Assembly (NCBI RefSeq): GCF_009914755.1
Contig: NC_060926.1
Length of the DNA stretch: 64,000 nt
Direction: 5' to 3' (one strand)
Source of the DNA: the human T2T-CHM13v2.0 reference genome, Homo sapiens
Part shown: positions 1 to 13,000 of the stretch, piece by piece
Position numbering within the stretch: the first letter of the stretch is position 1
Layout of the letters: every line of letters starts with the position of its first letter
Notes under the pieces: generated by a model
Databases searched by the model: none
The model's input: only the letters and a program-made list of their open reading frames with translations
Told to the model about the DNA's origin: nothing
Made by a program: the position numbers and the translations under genes

Positions 1-1024
1 ACGGGAACATGTAGGTACCATCATATTTGATTATCATTACAAAGTTGGGATTATAAACAGATATTTTATTCTGATTTACTGTTTATATTTCAATGTTTAA
101 TTTTAAGCAGAAGAAAGCACCATAGGCATAACTTTAAATGAAATATCATCATGTGATTCATATGGAGAAACAATATCAGTCTGATGAATTATATATTATT
201 GCAAAAGTAAAATACTTCAGCTGTTTTACCATAATTATTTATTTACTAGTAATTTTATAAACCCTGAAGTAGTTAAATGGGGGAAAAGGTTGACAGTTAA
301 ATCAACGATTGTGAGTGTATGTTAGCTAGATAACTTTAGAAAAAACATTATGTTCCTTTTGAGCCAAATTTTTTTTTAACAAATTAAAAATAATATAGCA
401 TAGAATAATAAATAATCTTACAATGTAATGTGTATAGAATTAAATGGTGAACCGTAAGGTTCATAACTTTAACCAAAATAGCGTTGAGAAAATATTTTTC
501 AATTATAGTTGTTTGATACCATGAACACCAAGAATCAAACAATTTTCAAAAACTATTTGGCAATTATTGTTATGAAAAAAATGTCAACTGTATTACCCCA
601 AAATTTCACTATACATAATAGCACCAACCTCATTTATACTAGCACTAACAGTAAGCCATACTCATAGCTTGGAGTCATAATATTTAATCAAAAAGTTTGA
701 TGAAATGATTGTTAAAGAATTGTCAACCATTTTCAATAAAGACGAATAATTTTTTTTTAGTTTTTCTTAATGTATAAATGCTTGGTAAAGTCTTATTTCT
801 AGAAAACATGCTTATGAAAATATGTCTTTATTTAATAATAATATGTGCTGGGCAAAAAAAAAAAGGAATTTATTCAGTGTGCCACTTTTGTCTCGTTGGA
901 TATTTGGGAGAGAAACAATGAAAAACATTTTTTACAAAAACTTTGGTGTGAATTAACAATTATACTTTTGGTAAATTTGTTTGGTGAAAGATTTCAGCAT
1001 CTTAAGCAGCTAGCAACATAGTGA

Positions 1025-1369
<345 letters not shown>

Positions 1370-1458
1370 AGAAATATTTTTAGAATGGCAAAATGCACTA
1401 TGCAATGATTATAACAACGGAACCAGGCTTTGAGTAGTTTAGGAATCTCAAGGAAGCA

Positions 1459-1632
1459 ATATATATATTGCTTATAATATGACTATAAGCTATATATATA
1501 TAGTGTGTGTGCATATATATGCATATATATGTATATATGTATATGTATCTATATGCATATATGTATATGTGTATATATATGCATATATATATAGTGTGAG
1601 TGTGTGTGTGTGTGTATATATATATACACACA
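1459..1632. repeat. Degenerate (TA)n/(TG)n microsatellite
   Basis: Alternating purine-pyrimidine tract read directly. Confidence 0.9.
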
Positions 1633-3848
1633 GTCTTGTTTATTATTGCTATCTGGTCAAAGACAACCTACATGATGGAATCCAAAAGTTTGTAACCTTT
1701 CTTGTCACATACAAAATATTTAACCAGTAGGGAATGACAGCTATTAGATTTTTGACAGGCTGCTTAAGCAAAAGAAAGCTTTTATATTATACCATGCAGA
1801 TAACAATAATGCAGAGCTTGCAGAGAAAAAAAGCTCATTTGCTGAAACCTGCTGAATAATCAAACTGTTTTATTTCAAGAGTGCAAGAATTCCTTATTAA
1901 AAAAATCTCCTGTAAAGATATACAAATCATTCCACTCCAGGAAAGAAGCTGAAATTGGTGTCACGCAACGAAAGCTGAGTTGTAGATGGAAACTCAGAGC
2001 AGCATTTTGTGTGCCAATTACATTACCCCATCCTCATCTCTACATGAACAGATTAAGGACAAATTTGTTCCAAGTAGTTGTGAAGTTACAATTGCATTCA
2101 CAAATATTATAAATAAAAAGATATGAGACTAAAAATCTCAACTTTGTTTTTGAATATATTCAGACAGAAAAACAGTGCATAAAATTTCAATATGTGGAAT
2201 GGTTTCAATGAAATAACATAAATATCATTAATTAAATTTGTATTTCTAAATGAAGGTAAATTTGACATCACCTTAGTCACTTATAGAGAGGAAAAAAAGT
2301 TTCATGAGCTGGTTAGAAACATCATTTTCTGCAGTGTTCTATACTTCCAGAGCTAAGCCACAATACTCAGATGCCCCACTGATCTTAGTGGAAATTCTAA
2401 GATCTGAATTATAATTCTAAATTGCTTAGTTTTGCAAATATGCCATATAGAGAATGCAGGAGCTATCTAGCCACTGACAGTGCTGAGAAATATTGGCAAA
2501 TTTAATAATGACTTTTGCACTTGTAATAAGAGCATTCTAATAATTATTATTAGATAAAAATTGAAATGTTCTTGTATTCCAGAAGCTTAGCATACAATAG
2601 TGATATGCAGCTTCAGCCTGGTCTTGGTTTTTGTCTTGGAGTTAACTAAATATTGACTTCCACACTTGAACATTAAGCATTTGGTCAAAATATATACATT
2701 AATATATTCTTTCTCTCAACAGTTGCCTGCTGTATGTAGATGTAGAAGTCAACGAGTTAAGGCATTATCCTTTCAGTTCCACTAAACAGCACCATGTCTG
2801 CAATTTCCTGACAGTACCAGATCCTGTAAGAGACACAGAATATAGAGTTCAGTTAACCAAATGAGCCCGAGCCCATCTTGGTCTCTTTTTCCTCTCCCAC
2901 ACACTCCATTCCATTTGTACCTCTTTGCCTCTTCTTTTCCTAGCTTACTCCTTAACATCCTTCATAGTTTTCTTATTTTCAATTAAAATTATGTTAATTT
3001 TTGAACTATAAAATATCACATGTTGATTTAAAATAATTTGAAAAAAGAAAATTATAATTAAAAACAAACACACCTAATATTCTCACAGAGAAATAGCTGT
3101 CTAGTGCCTTGGGGTTGCTTAACATCATGTAACCAAATATCCAAACCCAAAGATTTGTATTCTGAGTGTATGTAGACTGTGGCTTTCTTATTTTCCCTTA
3201 ATACTAAATCTGTATTATTCCACATCCTTACTATTTCTAAAATTTTTTTTTAGTATCTGCAATCTATTCCAGTATTCATGTATACCATAATTTTTAAAAC
3301 TATCACTTGTTTATGGACATTTGGTTTACTTTTTATCACTTTTCTCAGTAAGATCATGGTCTCAAGAACTTTTGCTCCCAAATACAAACAAATAATAAAT
3401 AAGTAGAAATGCATGTATATATTTCTATATTTTTCTCTTAAATAAATTTAAAGAAATGAAACAGTGAAATCAAAGTGAATGAACTTTTCAAATTATGCTT
3501 ACTACCATTTTATTTTCCATTTTAAATGCCATCAATTGAATAACCATATGCCAACATTTCAAAAATCACATTTCCTATTAATACTTGTTTTCTGCTGTCT
3601 CTACCTTATGTCTAGTAGAAATGAATTTAGACCTTACAAATTCCTCCCATGCTGTTCAGGGTTATAACAGGCACTGGGACTTTCATGTAGTGATAAAATA
3701 TGTATCATATGTTTCATTAGTCATGGTTCTCCAAAAACAAAACCAATAAGAGGTCTCATACGTGTGTGTATGTCTGTGTGTGTGTATGTATGTATATGTG
3801 TGTGTGTATGTGTCTGTGTGTGTATATATATATATATATAGTAATTAT

Positions 3849-4223
3849 TGACATGGTCTGGCTCTGTATCCCTACCCAAATCTCATCTTGAATTGTCAAC
3901 TGAATTGTAATCCCCACATGTTGGGAGAGGGACCTTGTGGGAGGTGATTAGATCATGATGTCTTTGTGATACTGAGGGACTTGTCATAAGATCCGATGGT
4001 TTTATAAGGGGCTCTTTCTTCATCGCTCTGCACTTCTCTCTCCTGCCACCTTGCCACCTGGTGAAGAAGGATGTGTTTGCTTCCCCTTGCACCATAATTG
4101 TAAGTTTCCTGAGGCCTCCGCAGTCATCATGCAGAACTGTGAGTCAATTAATAAACCTCTTTCCTTTATAAATTACCCAGTCTCAGGTATTTCTTTATAG
4201 TAGTGTATAAATGGATTAATACA
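3849..4223 (+). mobile_element. THE1D-like MaLR solo LTR
   Basis: TGACATGGTCTGGCTCTG..CCCAAATCTCATCTTGAATTG start, ATAAATTACCCAGTCTC..TAATACA end; 5-bp TSD ATTAT/ACTAT. Confidence 0.9.
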
Positions 4224-4426
4224 ACTATATATAATGTTATAATTTTTATATAGTTATATACATCATGTGCATATATATATAATATCATTAGAGAGGAAGA
4301 AAAGTTTCATGACTTGGTTAGAAACATTATCATCTGCAGTGTCCTATTCTAGCAGAGCTAAGTCTTGATACTCAAATGCTCCACTGATCTTAGTGGAAAT
4401 TCTGTTTAGTTTTGTGGATATATACA

Positions 4427-4427
<1 letters not shown>

Positions 4428-4472
<45 letters not shown>
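4428..4472. repeat. (CA)n microsatellite
   Basis: About 22 uninterrupted CA units. Confidence 0.95.
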
Positions 4473-4475
<3 letters not shown>

Positions 4476-5204
4476 GAGATAGATAAAAAGAGAGATAAAA
4501 AACAGATGAGAGAGAATTATTTTAAGAAGTTGACTCATGCTGGTGTGAAAGCTAGCAAGTCCAAAATCTGCAGAGAAGGTCGGGAGGCTAGAGACCTAAG
4601 GAAGAATTGATGTTGCAGTTTGAGTTGGAAGGCAGTCTGGAGACAGAACTCCTTTTCTTTGGGGGAACCTCAGTCTGCTTTCTCTTAAGGCTTCAACTGA
4701 TTGGATAAGGCTCACCCACATCGTAGAGGTTCATCTGCTTTACTCAAAGTCTGTCTATTTAAGTGTAACCCCATTTAAAAAAATAACTACACAGCTACAT
4801 CCAGACTGGTGTTTGACCAACTATCTGGGTAATGTGGCCTAGCCAAGTTGATACATAATATTAATCATACAAGTATTTCAAGAAATCAGAAACAGCACTA
4901 GCAAATAAACACTATCATCAATTCATTCCAGCTACTAAGAAAGATATCCCTGGTAATCGTTGAGATAATTTGCACACTTGGCTATTGAGACATGACAAAT
5001 AGTAGCAGCCACCTAAGGGATAAAGGTGCCCCTATTTCAGAAGTGTCCTCAGGGAAAAAGGTGTTCCATGGGTAAGCTGAGGTCTTCAGCTAATGTTTGT
5101 CTTAAACCATCAGGCAGCCAAGCCATATCCCAGTGACACTGCTGTGCAGCCCTGGACTTCTTCCTGCTGGGCCCCTCTGGGACAAGAATGTAGCTTTTAG
5201 CTCC

Positions 5205-5320
5205 AGAATCCTCATGATAAATTGAGGATTCTCACATCAGCTCTGAGTTTTCATGAAGATGATGGAATCCAAGTAAAGTGTTACAACAGTACCTGGCACA
5301 TAGGAGGCATCCAACAAACC
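5205..5320 (+). mobile_element. MIR fragment
   Basis: GTAAAGTGTTACAACAGTACCTGGCACATAGGAGGCATCCAACAAA resembles the MIR 3' core. Confidence 0.6.
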
Positions 5321-6944
5321 GTATTTCCCTTCCCCTCAACGCCATCATTCTTAAAACATCTTTCCTTAATATTGAGTTGGAGGAAGCAATGTGATTATTC
5401 GTTAAAACTTTGCCTTAACATTTTTCTCCTGCTCTTACTTCATCTTCCTATGCTTGAGCCTAATGATTAGAGGAATATATTCACAAGAAATAAAAATTTG
5501 TTAAAAGAATGGGATGTCTTTATTCATTCCTTATAAAAGTAGAATAGACAGGAGACTAAATATCTTAATTAGAGATTTTTTAATATGACAATACATAGTT
5601 TCTTTTTTGTAATAAAGCTAATATTTGGTGACAAGCTGACTCTCTAGCCATATAACATTGATATATAAATTATATATATGCTTAGTAAATATATATACCT
5701 TATTTTATGTGTATATGCTCAATACATATATATTTAAATTCATATAATACATATCTTGATTATTTTGTAGCAAGACTAATCATATGGTAATTGTTTTAAA
5801 TCTGTCTCCAATTTGGAAGTTCATCCTAGATACACTCTTCTCATCCTACCTTAGAGGCAGAATGCCATTCCCAGAGGACCAACTCCCAGTTTAGTAACTA
5901 CCATGTGAGTAGGGTAAATGGAAGTTATTGATTTGAAAACTTTTTCACTGAAGAGAGAGTTCAATATTTGGCTTGAAGAATCAAAGGCATGCTCTATTTA
6001 TATCCTCCAGATTTACTGGACAGTTTCACTGTTTGCCTCAGGAAACAGCTTATGTGAGCTACTAATTAACAGAGAACTTTGGGGCCATCCTGACACTGTC
6101 CAAATATACCTATTTTAGAACATATTTTGTTTATAAAAATCACTTGCCTGCAAGTCAGTAAGGGGATGGGGAAAGCTCATAAGTCCCTTAGATGCTCAAG
6201 CTCAGGTTACCAATCTATCAAATGAGGACTCCAATATGAAGTGAATTTGCTGAAGCTTAATCAAGACAGTGCTCAAAAAAATTTAGATCTTAATGTAGAC
6301 CTATTACTCTAAAAAGTAAAAAATATAATTAGATTGTACTCTGGCTAGGAGGACAGAAGGAAGAAAAAAATTCTAGTTCAGTTGTTGCTGGTACTGAATT
6401 TTTAAAAAAGGAGATAAATAGGTAACTAGAGAGACAGAAAAATACATGTTTTTGGGCAGAAACCAAGGAAGTTTGCAGGTTATAGAAGTAGTATATGTCA
6501 GAAATGTGTCACTGGTAGTTCAAGAAGTTCCAAGAGCAACAGAATGCAGCAAGCAAGCTACAGAAGCATCAGGACTTCCACTGAGTTAGAAAAGAGCACA
6601 TATTAGGCCCCACAAAGCAAAGCTTGCAAGGAAGCAAAGAAACAGATGGTACTTTTGGCCAAAGGGCAAGTTAAATGTAAATTGCTCTAAAGATCAAGGC
6701 AGTTTGTGTGAATTACAAGATAACATGTGTGCTAAATGCCAGGCCCCATGCCAATGTATAGCAGGTACCTGTTTTAGGTTGAACGCCTCACCTGTTTTCC
6801 TGATGGTTGGTCACTTCTCTGCTCAGTCACTGCTGTGTTAGTGACCCTATGATCTTTAAGTTTCCACTATGGAAAATAAAGACCCTAAATTTCTAACTTC
6901 TCCCATTACTTACTGATACTGAAGCCCACAACACAAAGATAAAG

Positions 6945-7307
6945 TGTGGTTCCTACTCACTGCCTAAGAGACTTTATGGCAGTCCATCTGGAAATGCGCA
7001 TATGTGTGTGGGTAGAAGGGTGCCATATTCAGGAGACAGGAGGAAGTCAACAGATAAATTGCCTCTCCAGGGTTGCCTCCACTGGGTGGTCCTGAAGCTT
7101 TCTGTACATCTTTAGAAGGCATGCTCCATGGCTATGTTTCAGTGACATAATGGCCAGCTTCATAACACACCACTCTGTATGTGTCTCCTACCCTTTCCTG
7201 TCTTACTTCCCTTTCTTCTTTCTGGTCAAAGATTCCCCCTTTCAATACTGCATTAGCACATATGTTTTACCTTGAGCTATGTTTTCAAGACAAATTGGAC
7301 TAACACA
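6945..7307 (+). mobile_element. Ancient ERVL LTR (LTR16-like); left boundary approximate
   Basis: 3' end ..AATACTGCATTAGCACATATG..GGACTAACACA resembles LTR16-type ends and is followed by a degenerate PBS-like TTGTTCTAGGAGCAGTG. Confidence 0.55.
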
Positions 7308-10070
7308 ATTGTTCTAGGAGCAGTGTGCAGTGGCATCAAAGTTATAAAGCTTTTGTTGGTGGTTAATTGGGATGAGATGTAAGTGAAGGGAAGGTCATTA
7401 AGAGCTCAAGTAGCTGTGATGTTTCATCAGTATGGGAGGAAATGTTATTTATCAACCTCCTTTTGCCAGCATTGGAGTCTTGCAGAAAGAAATTAGTAGA
7501 CTTAGGGGAATTACTTGCCAATTTAAGGCACACCTGAGTAATCAAAACCCCATGATGACAATCTTAAAGAATCTTAAAGAATCCTGCACCTTCAGGAAAA
7601 ACTGAAGCTAAAAACCAAGTTCAGGTTCTTGTTTTAAGGATAACAGAAGTGTAAAGCTTGCAAACTGTGTATTCCCAACTTATTTCCCATTCAAAGGCAG
7701 AGGTCTGATGGGAAAGAACAGGATCATTACACCTGGAATTGGCGACATTTTGGTGGATGAGCCCAAGGCTCCTGAAGTTCTAAATTCCCTTGAAGTTCTT
7801 GCACAATGAAATCAGCCTTTTCTCTTTTGATATCCAATGACCTTACTCAAAGAAGATGCACAAAAAGATGCCACATGTTCCTGTCAAGGCCTACTCAGAT
7901 GATCCATAATTAATACCAGGCTAATCAATGAGTCAGATTCCTACTCAGTTTTAAAAAAGTACAAGTCCTGCTTCTTAAGAGCTCACAGGTCAAAGGACTT
8001 GAAGAATCTGGGTGTAGGTACTACAAGAACCTGTTGAGTACATGTGGAAAGGCATACTAGATTTTTATAATTGGAGGATAGAATCGAATATAAGACTAGA
8101 TAAGGAAAAGATCACTAAATCATTAACCTAGGAACTGAGATAATGTTTCTACAAGGATCCCTGGATCTGGTCCTAACAGTTTGCTGGGGTAGCTCTTTGA
8201 AGTTATCAATTCAACAATGATTCACAGAAATTGAAGGAGAGTTGCCAGAACCATGTTGGCACAATATTGAGATAAACAGTCAAAGTTTCAGGAGGGAACA
8301 ATGTCAGAATGCATTTATTATATAACATCTGATAAGTCACCATTGGACTGTGTTCTTTGGGGAGGCCAAGGTTAGCCCCTTTGTTGAGGCATTCAACAAC
8401 GTAATAGCGAAGTGGGTATAAGCATGTTTCATTTAACAGTAATGGCTATTCCCCGAAGGCCAATATTGATGGAAGGAGAGGCTCTTCAGATGCTAAGTTA
8501 TCTAATGTAAGTGATAATAATAGAATTACAGAAAATCAGAGGACAGGTAATAGCATTAAACAGTCAGAGACAAGATGAATGTGGCAATAAGAGAGGCTGG
8601 ACAGCAGTGATCTAGGTCAATGTCCTCCCTAGGGTAAAGAGAGATGGACAGCCAAAGATAGTGTTGCATGCTTTTCTATTGGGAGAACCCACCCCCAATA
8701 TTTCAACGTAGGTTCTTTCTATTTTCCATAACTGTCGGCTGGCTGAGAAATAAAGAGAGACAGTCCAAAGAGAGGAATTTTACAGCTGGGCCGCCAGGGG
8801 TGACATCACATATCGGTAGGACTGTGATGCCCTCTGAGTCTCAGACGAGCAAGTTTTTATTAAGGGTTTCAAAAGGGGAGGGAGTGTAAGAACAGAGAGT
8901 AGGTACAAAGATCACATGCTTCAAGGAGCAAAAAGCAGAACCACTGATAAAGGTCTAACAAAGATCACATGCTTCTGAGCAAACAGGACAAAGGGCAAAA
9001 GCAGAACCACTGATAAGGGTCCAACACAGATCACAAGGCAAAGAGCAAAAGCAGAACCACTGATAAGGGTCTATGTTCAGGGGTGCACATATTGTCTTGA
9101 TAAACATCTTACACAACAGAAAGAAGGTTCGAGAGCAGAGAACTGGTCTGACCACGTATTTACCCGGGTTGAGTTTTCCCAACCCTAGTAAGCCTGAGGG
9201 TTCTGCAGGAGACCAGGGCTTATCTCAGTCCTTATCTCAACTGCACAAGACAGACATTCCCAGAGCAGCCATTCATAGACCTCCCCCTAGGGACGCATTC
9301 TTTTCCCAGGGTATTAATATTAATATTCCTTGCTAGGAAAGGAATTTAGTGATATGTTTCCTACTTGCACGTCCATTTGTAGGTCCTCTGCGAGAAGAAA
9401 AATATGGCTTTTTTTGCCCGACCCCACAAGCAGTCAGACCTTATGGTTGTCTTCCCTTGTTCCATAAAAATATTATTATTCTGTTCTTTTTCAAGGTACA
9501 CTAATTTCATATTGCTCAAACACACATGTTTTACAATCAGTTTGTACAGTTACCACAATTATCACAGTGATCCTGAGGTGACCTACATCCTCAGCTTACG
9601 AAGATAATAGGATTAAGAGACTAAAGTAAAGGCAGGCATAAGAAATTATAAAAGTATTATTTGAGAACTGATAAATGTCCATATTAAGATGAAATCTTCA
9701 CAATTTATGTTCCTCTGCCGCGGCTCCAGCCGATCCCTCCATTCAGGGTCCCTGACTTCCCGTAACACTTTTTTGTATGCAGAAAAAAGTTGGGAGTTAG
9801 CATACAACTATGTGAGGGACCATGGGAAATCATGCTCCCTCAAAATTCTCCCATTTCTGGCTCAAAACCTCAAAACTTCGAGAGGTATTGATTGCTGTAA
9901 AGAAGGGCTGTATACCATAACATGTGTATGCCGTACATATTCATCTAACTCTTTCCCAAAATGATTTGCATTCTTTTGTAATATTAACTTTGAGAAAAGG
10001 AAAATACCTAGACCTTTTAAAACTTGCTAGGCACAACTCTGAGCTGACATGGACAGCAGGGGCCAAAAAC
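7308..10070 (+). pseudogene. Highly decayed ERVL internal region (gag, protease), split by MER11
   Basis: ~7697-7790 aligns by eye to HERV-L gag ~29088-29185; ~9938-10066 (..GGCACAACTCTGAGCTGACAT..GGGGCCAAAA) aligns to HERV-L protease ~30380-30522. Confidence 0.65.
8677..9767 (-). mobile_element. MER11 (MER11C-like) solo LTR of HERV-K11/HML-8
   Basis: Reverse complement starts TGTTACGGGAAGTCAGGGACCC; internal tandem AAAAGCAGAACCACTGATAA x3 (8931-9073); 6-bp TSD CTTTTC/CTTTTT, the length typical of ERVK. Confidence 0.9.
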
Positions 10071-10071
10071 C

Positions 10072-13000
10072 TTTCTTTTTTTTTTTTTTTTTTTTTGAGA
10101 AATAAAAAGGAGGAAGTAGAACAAATCTAGAGGCATCATATTACTCAATTTCAAACTATACTACAAGGCTATAGTCACCAAAACAGCATGGTACCCAATG
10201 TGTAGTATTTTATCTCTCACTCCCATCCCACCCTTCCCCCCAAGTTCCCACCATCCATTATGCCATTCTTATGCCTTTGTACCCTCATAGCTTAGTCCCC
10301 ACTGATAAACAGAAACATATGATGTTTGGTTTTCCATTCCTGAGTTACTTCACTTAGAATAATGGTCTCCAGCTCCATCCAGGTTGCTGAGAATGCCATT
10401 ATTTCATTCTTTTTTATGGCTGTGTAGTATTCCATTGTATGTATATATGGGCAGTTAGCCTGGTTCCATATTTTTGAAACTGCAAATTGTGCTGCTATAA
10501 ACATTCATGTGCAACTATCTTTTTAATATAATGACTTATTTTCCTCTAGGTAGACACCCAGTAGTGGGATTGCTGGATCAAATGGTAGATCTACTTTTAG
10601 ATTTTCAGGGACTCTCCATACTCTTTTCCATAGTGGTTGTATTAGTTTACATTCCCTCCAGCAGTGTAAAAATGTTCCTTTTCAACACATCCACATCAAC
10701 ATCTATTTTTAAAAATTTTTAAATTATGGCCATTCTTGCAGAAGTAAGGTGATATTGCATGTGGTTTTGATTTGTATTTCCCTGATAATTAGTAATGTTG
10801 AGCATTTCTTATATGTTTGTTGGCCATTTGTATATCTTTTTTTGGGAATTGTCTATTCCTGACCTTAGCCCACTTCTTGATGAGATGATTAATTTATTCT
10901 TATTAGTTTGTTTGATTTCCTTGTAGATTCTGGATATTAGTCATTTGTTGAATGTGTAGTTTGCAAAACTATTTTCTCCCACTCTGTGGGTTGTCTGTTC
11001 ACTATGCTGAATATTTCTTTTGCTGTACAGAAGCACTTTAGTTTAATTAAGTCCCATCTATTTATTTTGTTTTCATTCCATTTGCTTTTGGGTTGTTGGT
11101 CATGAAATCTTTACCTAAGCCAATGTCTAGAAGAGCTTTTCCAAAGTTATCTTCTAGAATTTTTATGGTTCCAGGTCTTAGATTGAAATCTTTGATACAT
11201 CTTGAGTTGATTTTTGCATAAGGTGAGAGATGAGGATCCAGCGTCATTCTTCCACATGTGGCTGGCCAATTATCCCACATCATTTGTTGAATAGGGTGTC
11301 CTTTCCCCATTTTACGTTTTTTTATGCTTTGTCAAAGATCAGTTGGCTGAAAGTATTTGGTTTTATTTCTGAGTTCTCTATTTGGTTCCATTGGTCTATG
11401 TGTCTATTTTTATGGCAGTACCATGCTGTTTTGGTGACTATAGCCTTGTAGTATAGTTTGAAATTGAGTAATGTGATGCCTCTAGATTTGTTCTTTTTGC
11501 TTAGTCTTCCTTTGGCTGTATGGACTATTTTTTGGTTCTTTATGAATTTTAGGATTTCTTTTTCTAATTCTATGAAGAGTGATGATGGTATTTTGATGAG
11601 AATTGCATTTAATTTGTGGATTGCTTTTGGTATTATAATTATTTTCACAATATTGATTCTACCCATCCATGAGCATGGGATGTGTTTCCATTTGTTTGCA
11701 TCAACTATAATTTTTTCAGCAGTGTTTTGTAATCTTCCATGTAGAGGTCTTTCACATCTTTGGTTAGGTATAATCCTAAGTATTTTGTTTCAGTTTTTTG
11801 CAGCTATTATGAAAGGGGTTGAGTTCTTGATTTGATTCTCAGCTTGGCTGCTGTTGGTGTATAGCAGAGCCACTGATTTGTGTACATTAATTTTGTATCC
11901 TGAAACTTTGCTGAATTCATTTACCAGTTCCAGGAGCTTTTTGAATGAGTCTTTAGGGTCTTCTAGGTGTGCGATTACATCATCAGCAAACAGTGACAGT
12001 TTGACTTTCTCTTTATCAATTTGGATGCCCTCTACTTCTTTCTCTAGTCTGATTCCTCCAGCTAGGACTTCCAGTACTATGTTAAATAGAAGTGGTAAAA
12101 ATGGGCATCTTTGTCTTAGTCAAGTTCTCAGCGGAATGCTTTCAACTTTTCCCCATTCAGTATAATGTTGGCTGTGAGTTTGTCATAGACGGCTTTTATT
12201 GCCTTAGGGGATGTCCCTTCTATGCTGATTTTGCTGATGGTTTTAATCATAAAGGGAAGCTGAATTTTGTCAAATGCTTTTTCTGTACCTATTGAGATAA
12301 TCATGTGGTTTTTGTTTTTAATTCTGTTTATGTGGCATATGACATTTGTTGATTTGCATATGTTAAACCATCCCTGCATTCATGGCATGAAACCCACTTG
12401 ATCATAGTGGATTATCTTTTTGATATGCTGTTATATTTGGTTAACTAATATTTTGTTGAGAATTTTTGCATCTATGTTCATCAAGAATATTGGTCTGTAT
12501 TTTGTTGTTGTTGTTACATTCTTTCCTGGTTTTGGTATTAAGGTGAAACTGGCTTCGTAGAATGATTTAGGGATGATTCCCTTTCTCTATATTTTGTAAT
12601 AGTGTCAACAGGATTAGTACAATGTTTGATAGAATTCAGCTGTGAATCCAACTGGTCCTGAACTTTTTTGTTGTTGTTGGCAGTTTTTTTTTTTTTTTAA
12701 ATTACCATTTCAATCTTGCTGCTTGTTATTGGTCTGTTCAAAGTTTTTGTTCCTTCCTTTCTTCCTGGTTTAATCTAGGAGGGTTGTGTTTCAGGAATTT
12801 ATCCATCTCTTCTAGTTTTTCCAGTTTGTGTATATAAAGGTGTTCCTAGCAGCCTTGAATGATCTGTATTTCTGTGGTATCAGTTGAAATATCTCCCATT
12901 TCATATCTAATTGAGCTGATTTGGATTTTCTCTCTTATTGGTTAATCTATCACTTTTATTTACCTTTTCAAAGAACCAGCTTTTAGTTTCATTTATCTTT

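Larger units (their letters stand above)
3710..4871 (-). mobile_element. MLT2-family (ERVL) solo LTR, interrupted by a THE1 LTR, microsatellites and a copied local segment
   Basis: Left end TG..TTAGTCATGGTTCTCC..AACCAATAAG; body GAAGGCAGTCTG..CTTCAACTGATTGGATAAGGCTCACCCACATC..GGCCTAGCCAAGTTGATACATAATATTAATCATACA resembles the MLT2B-D minus strand. Confidence 0.8.

Noticed and set aside
1398-1730. Low-complexity ORFs (YIYI/CVCV), also 4344-4538 and 63146-63415
   Set aside because: Translations of TA/TG microsatellites
8905-9073. Spaced direct repeats superficially like a CRISPR array
   Set aside because: Internal tandem repeats of the MER11 LTR; the spacers are related to each other; eukaryotic context with no cas genes
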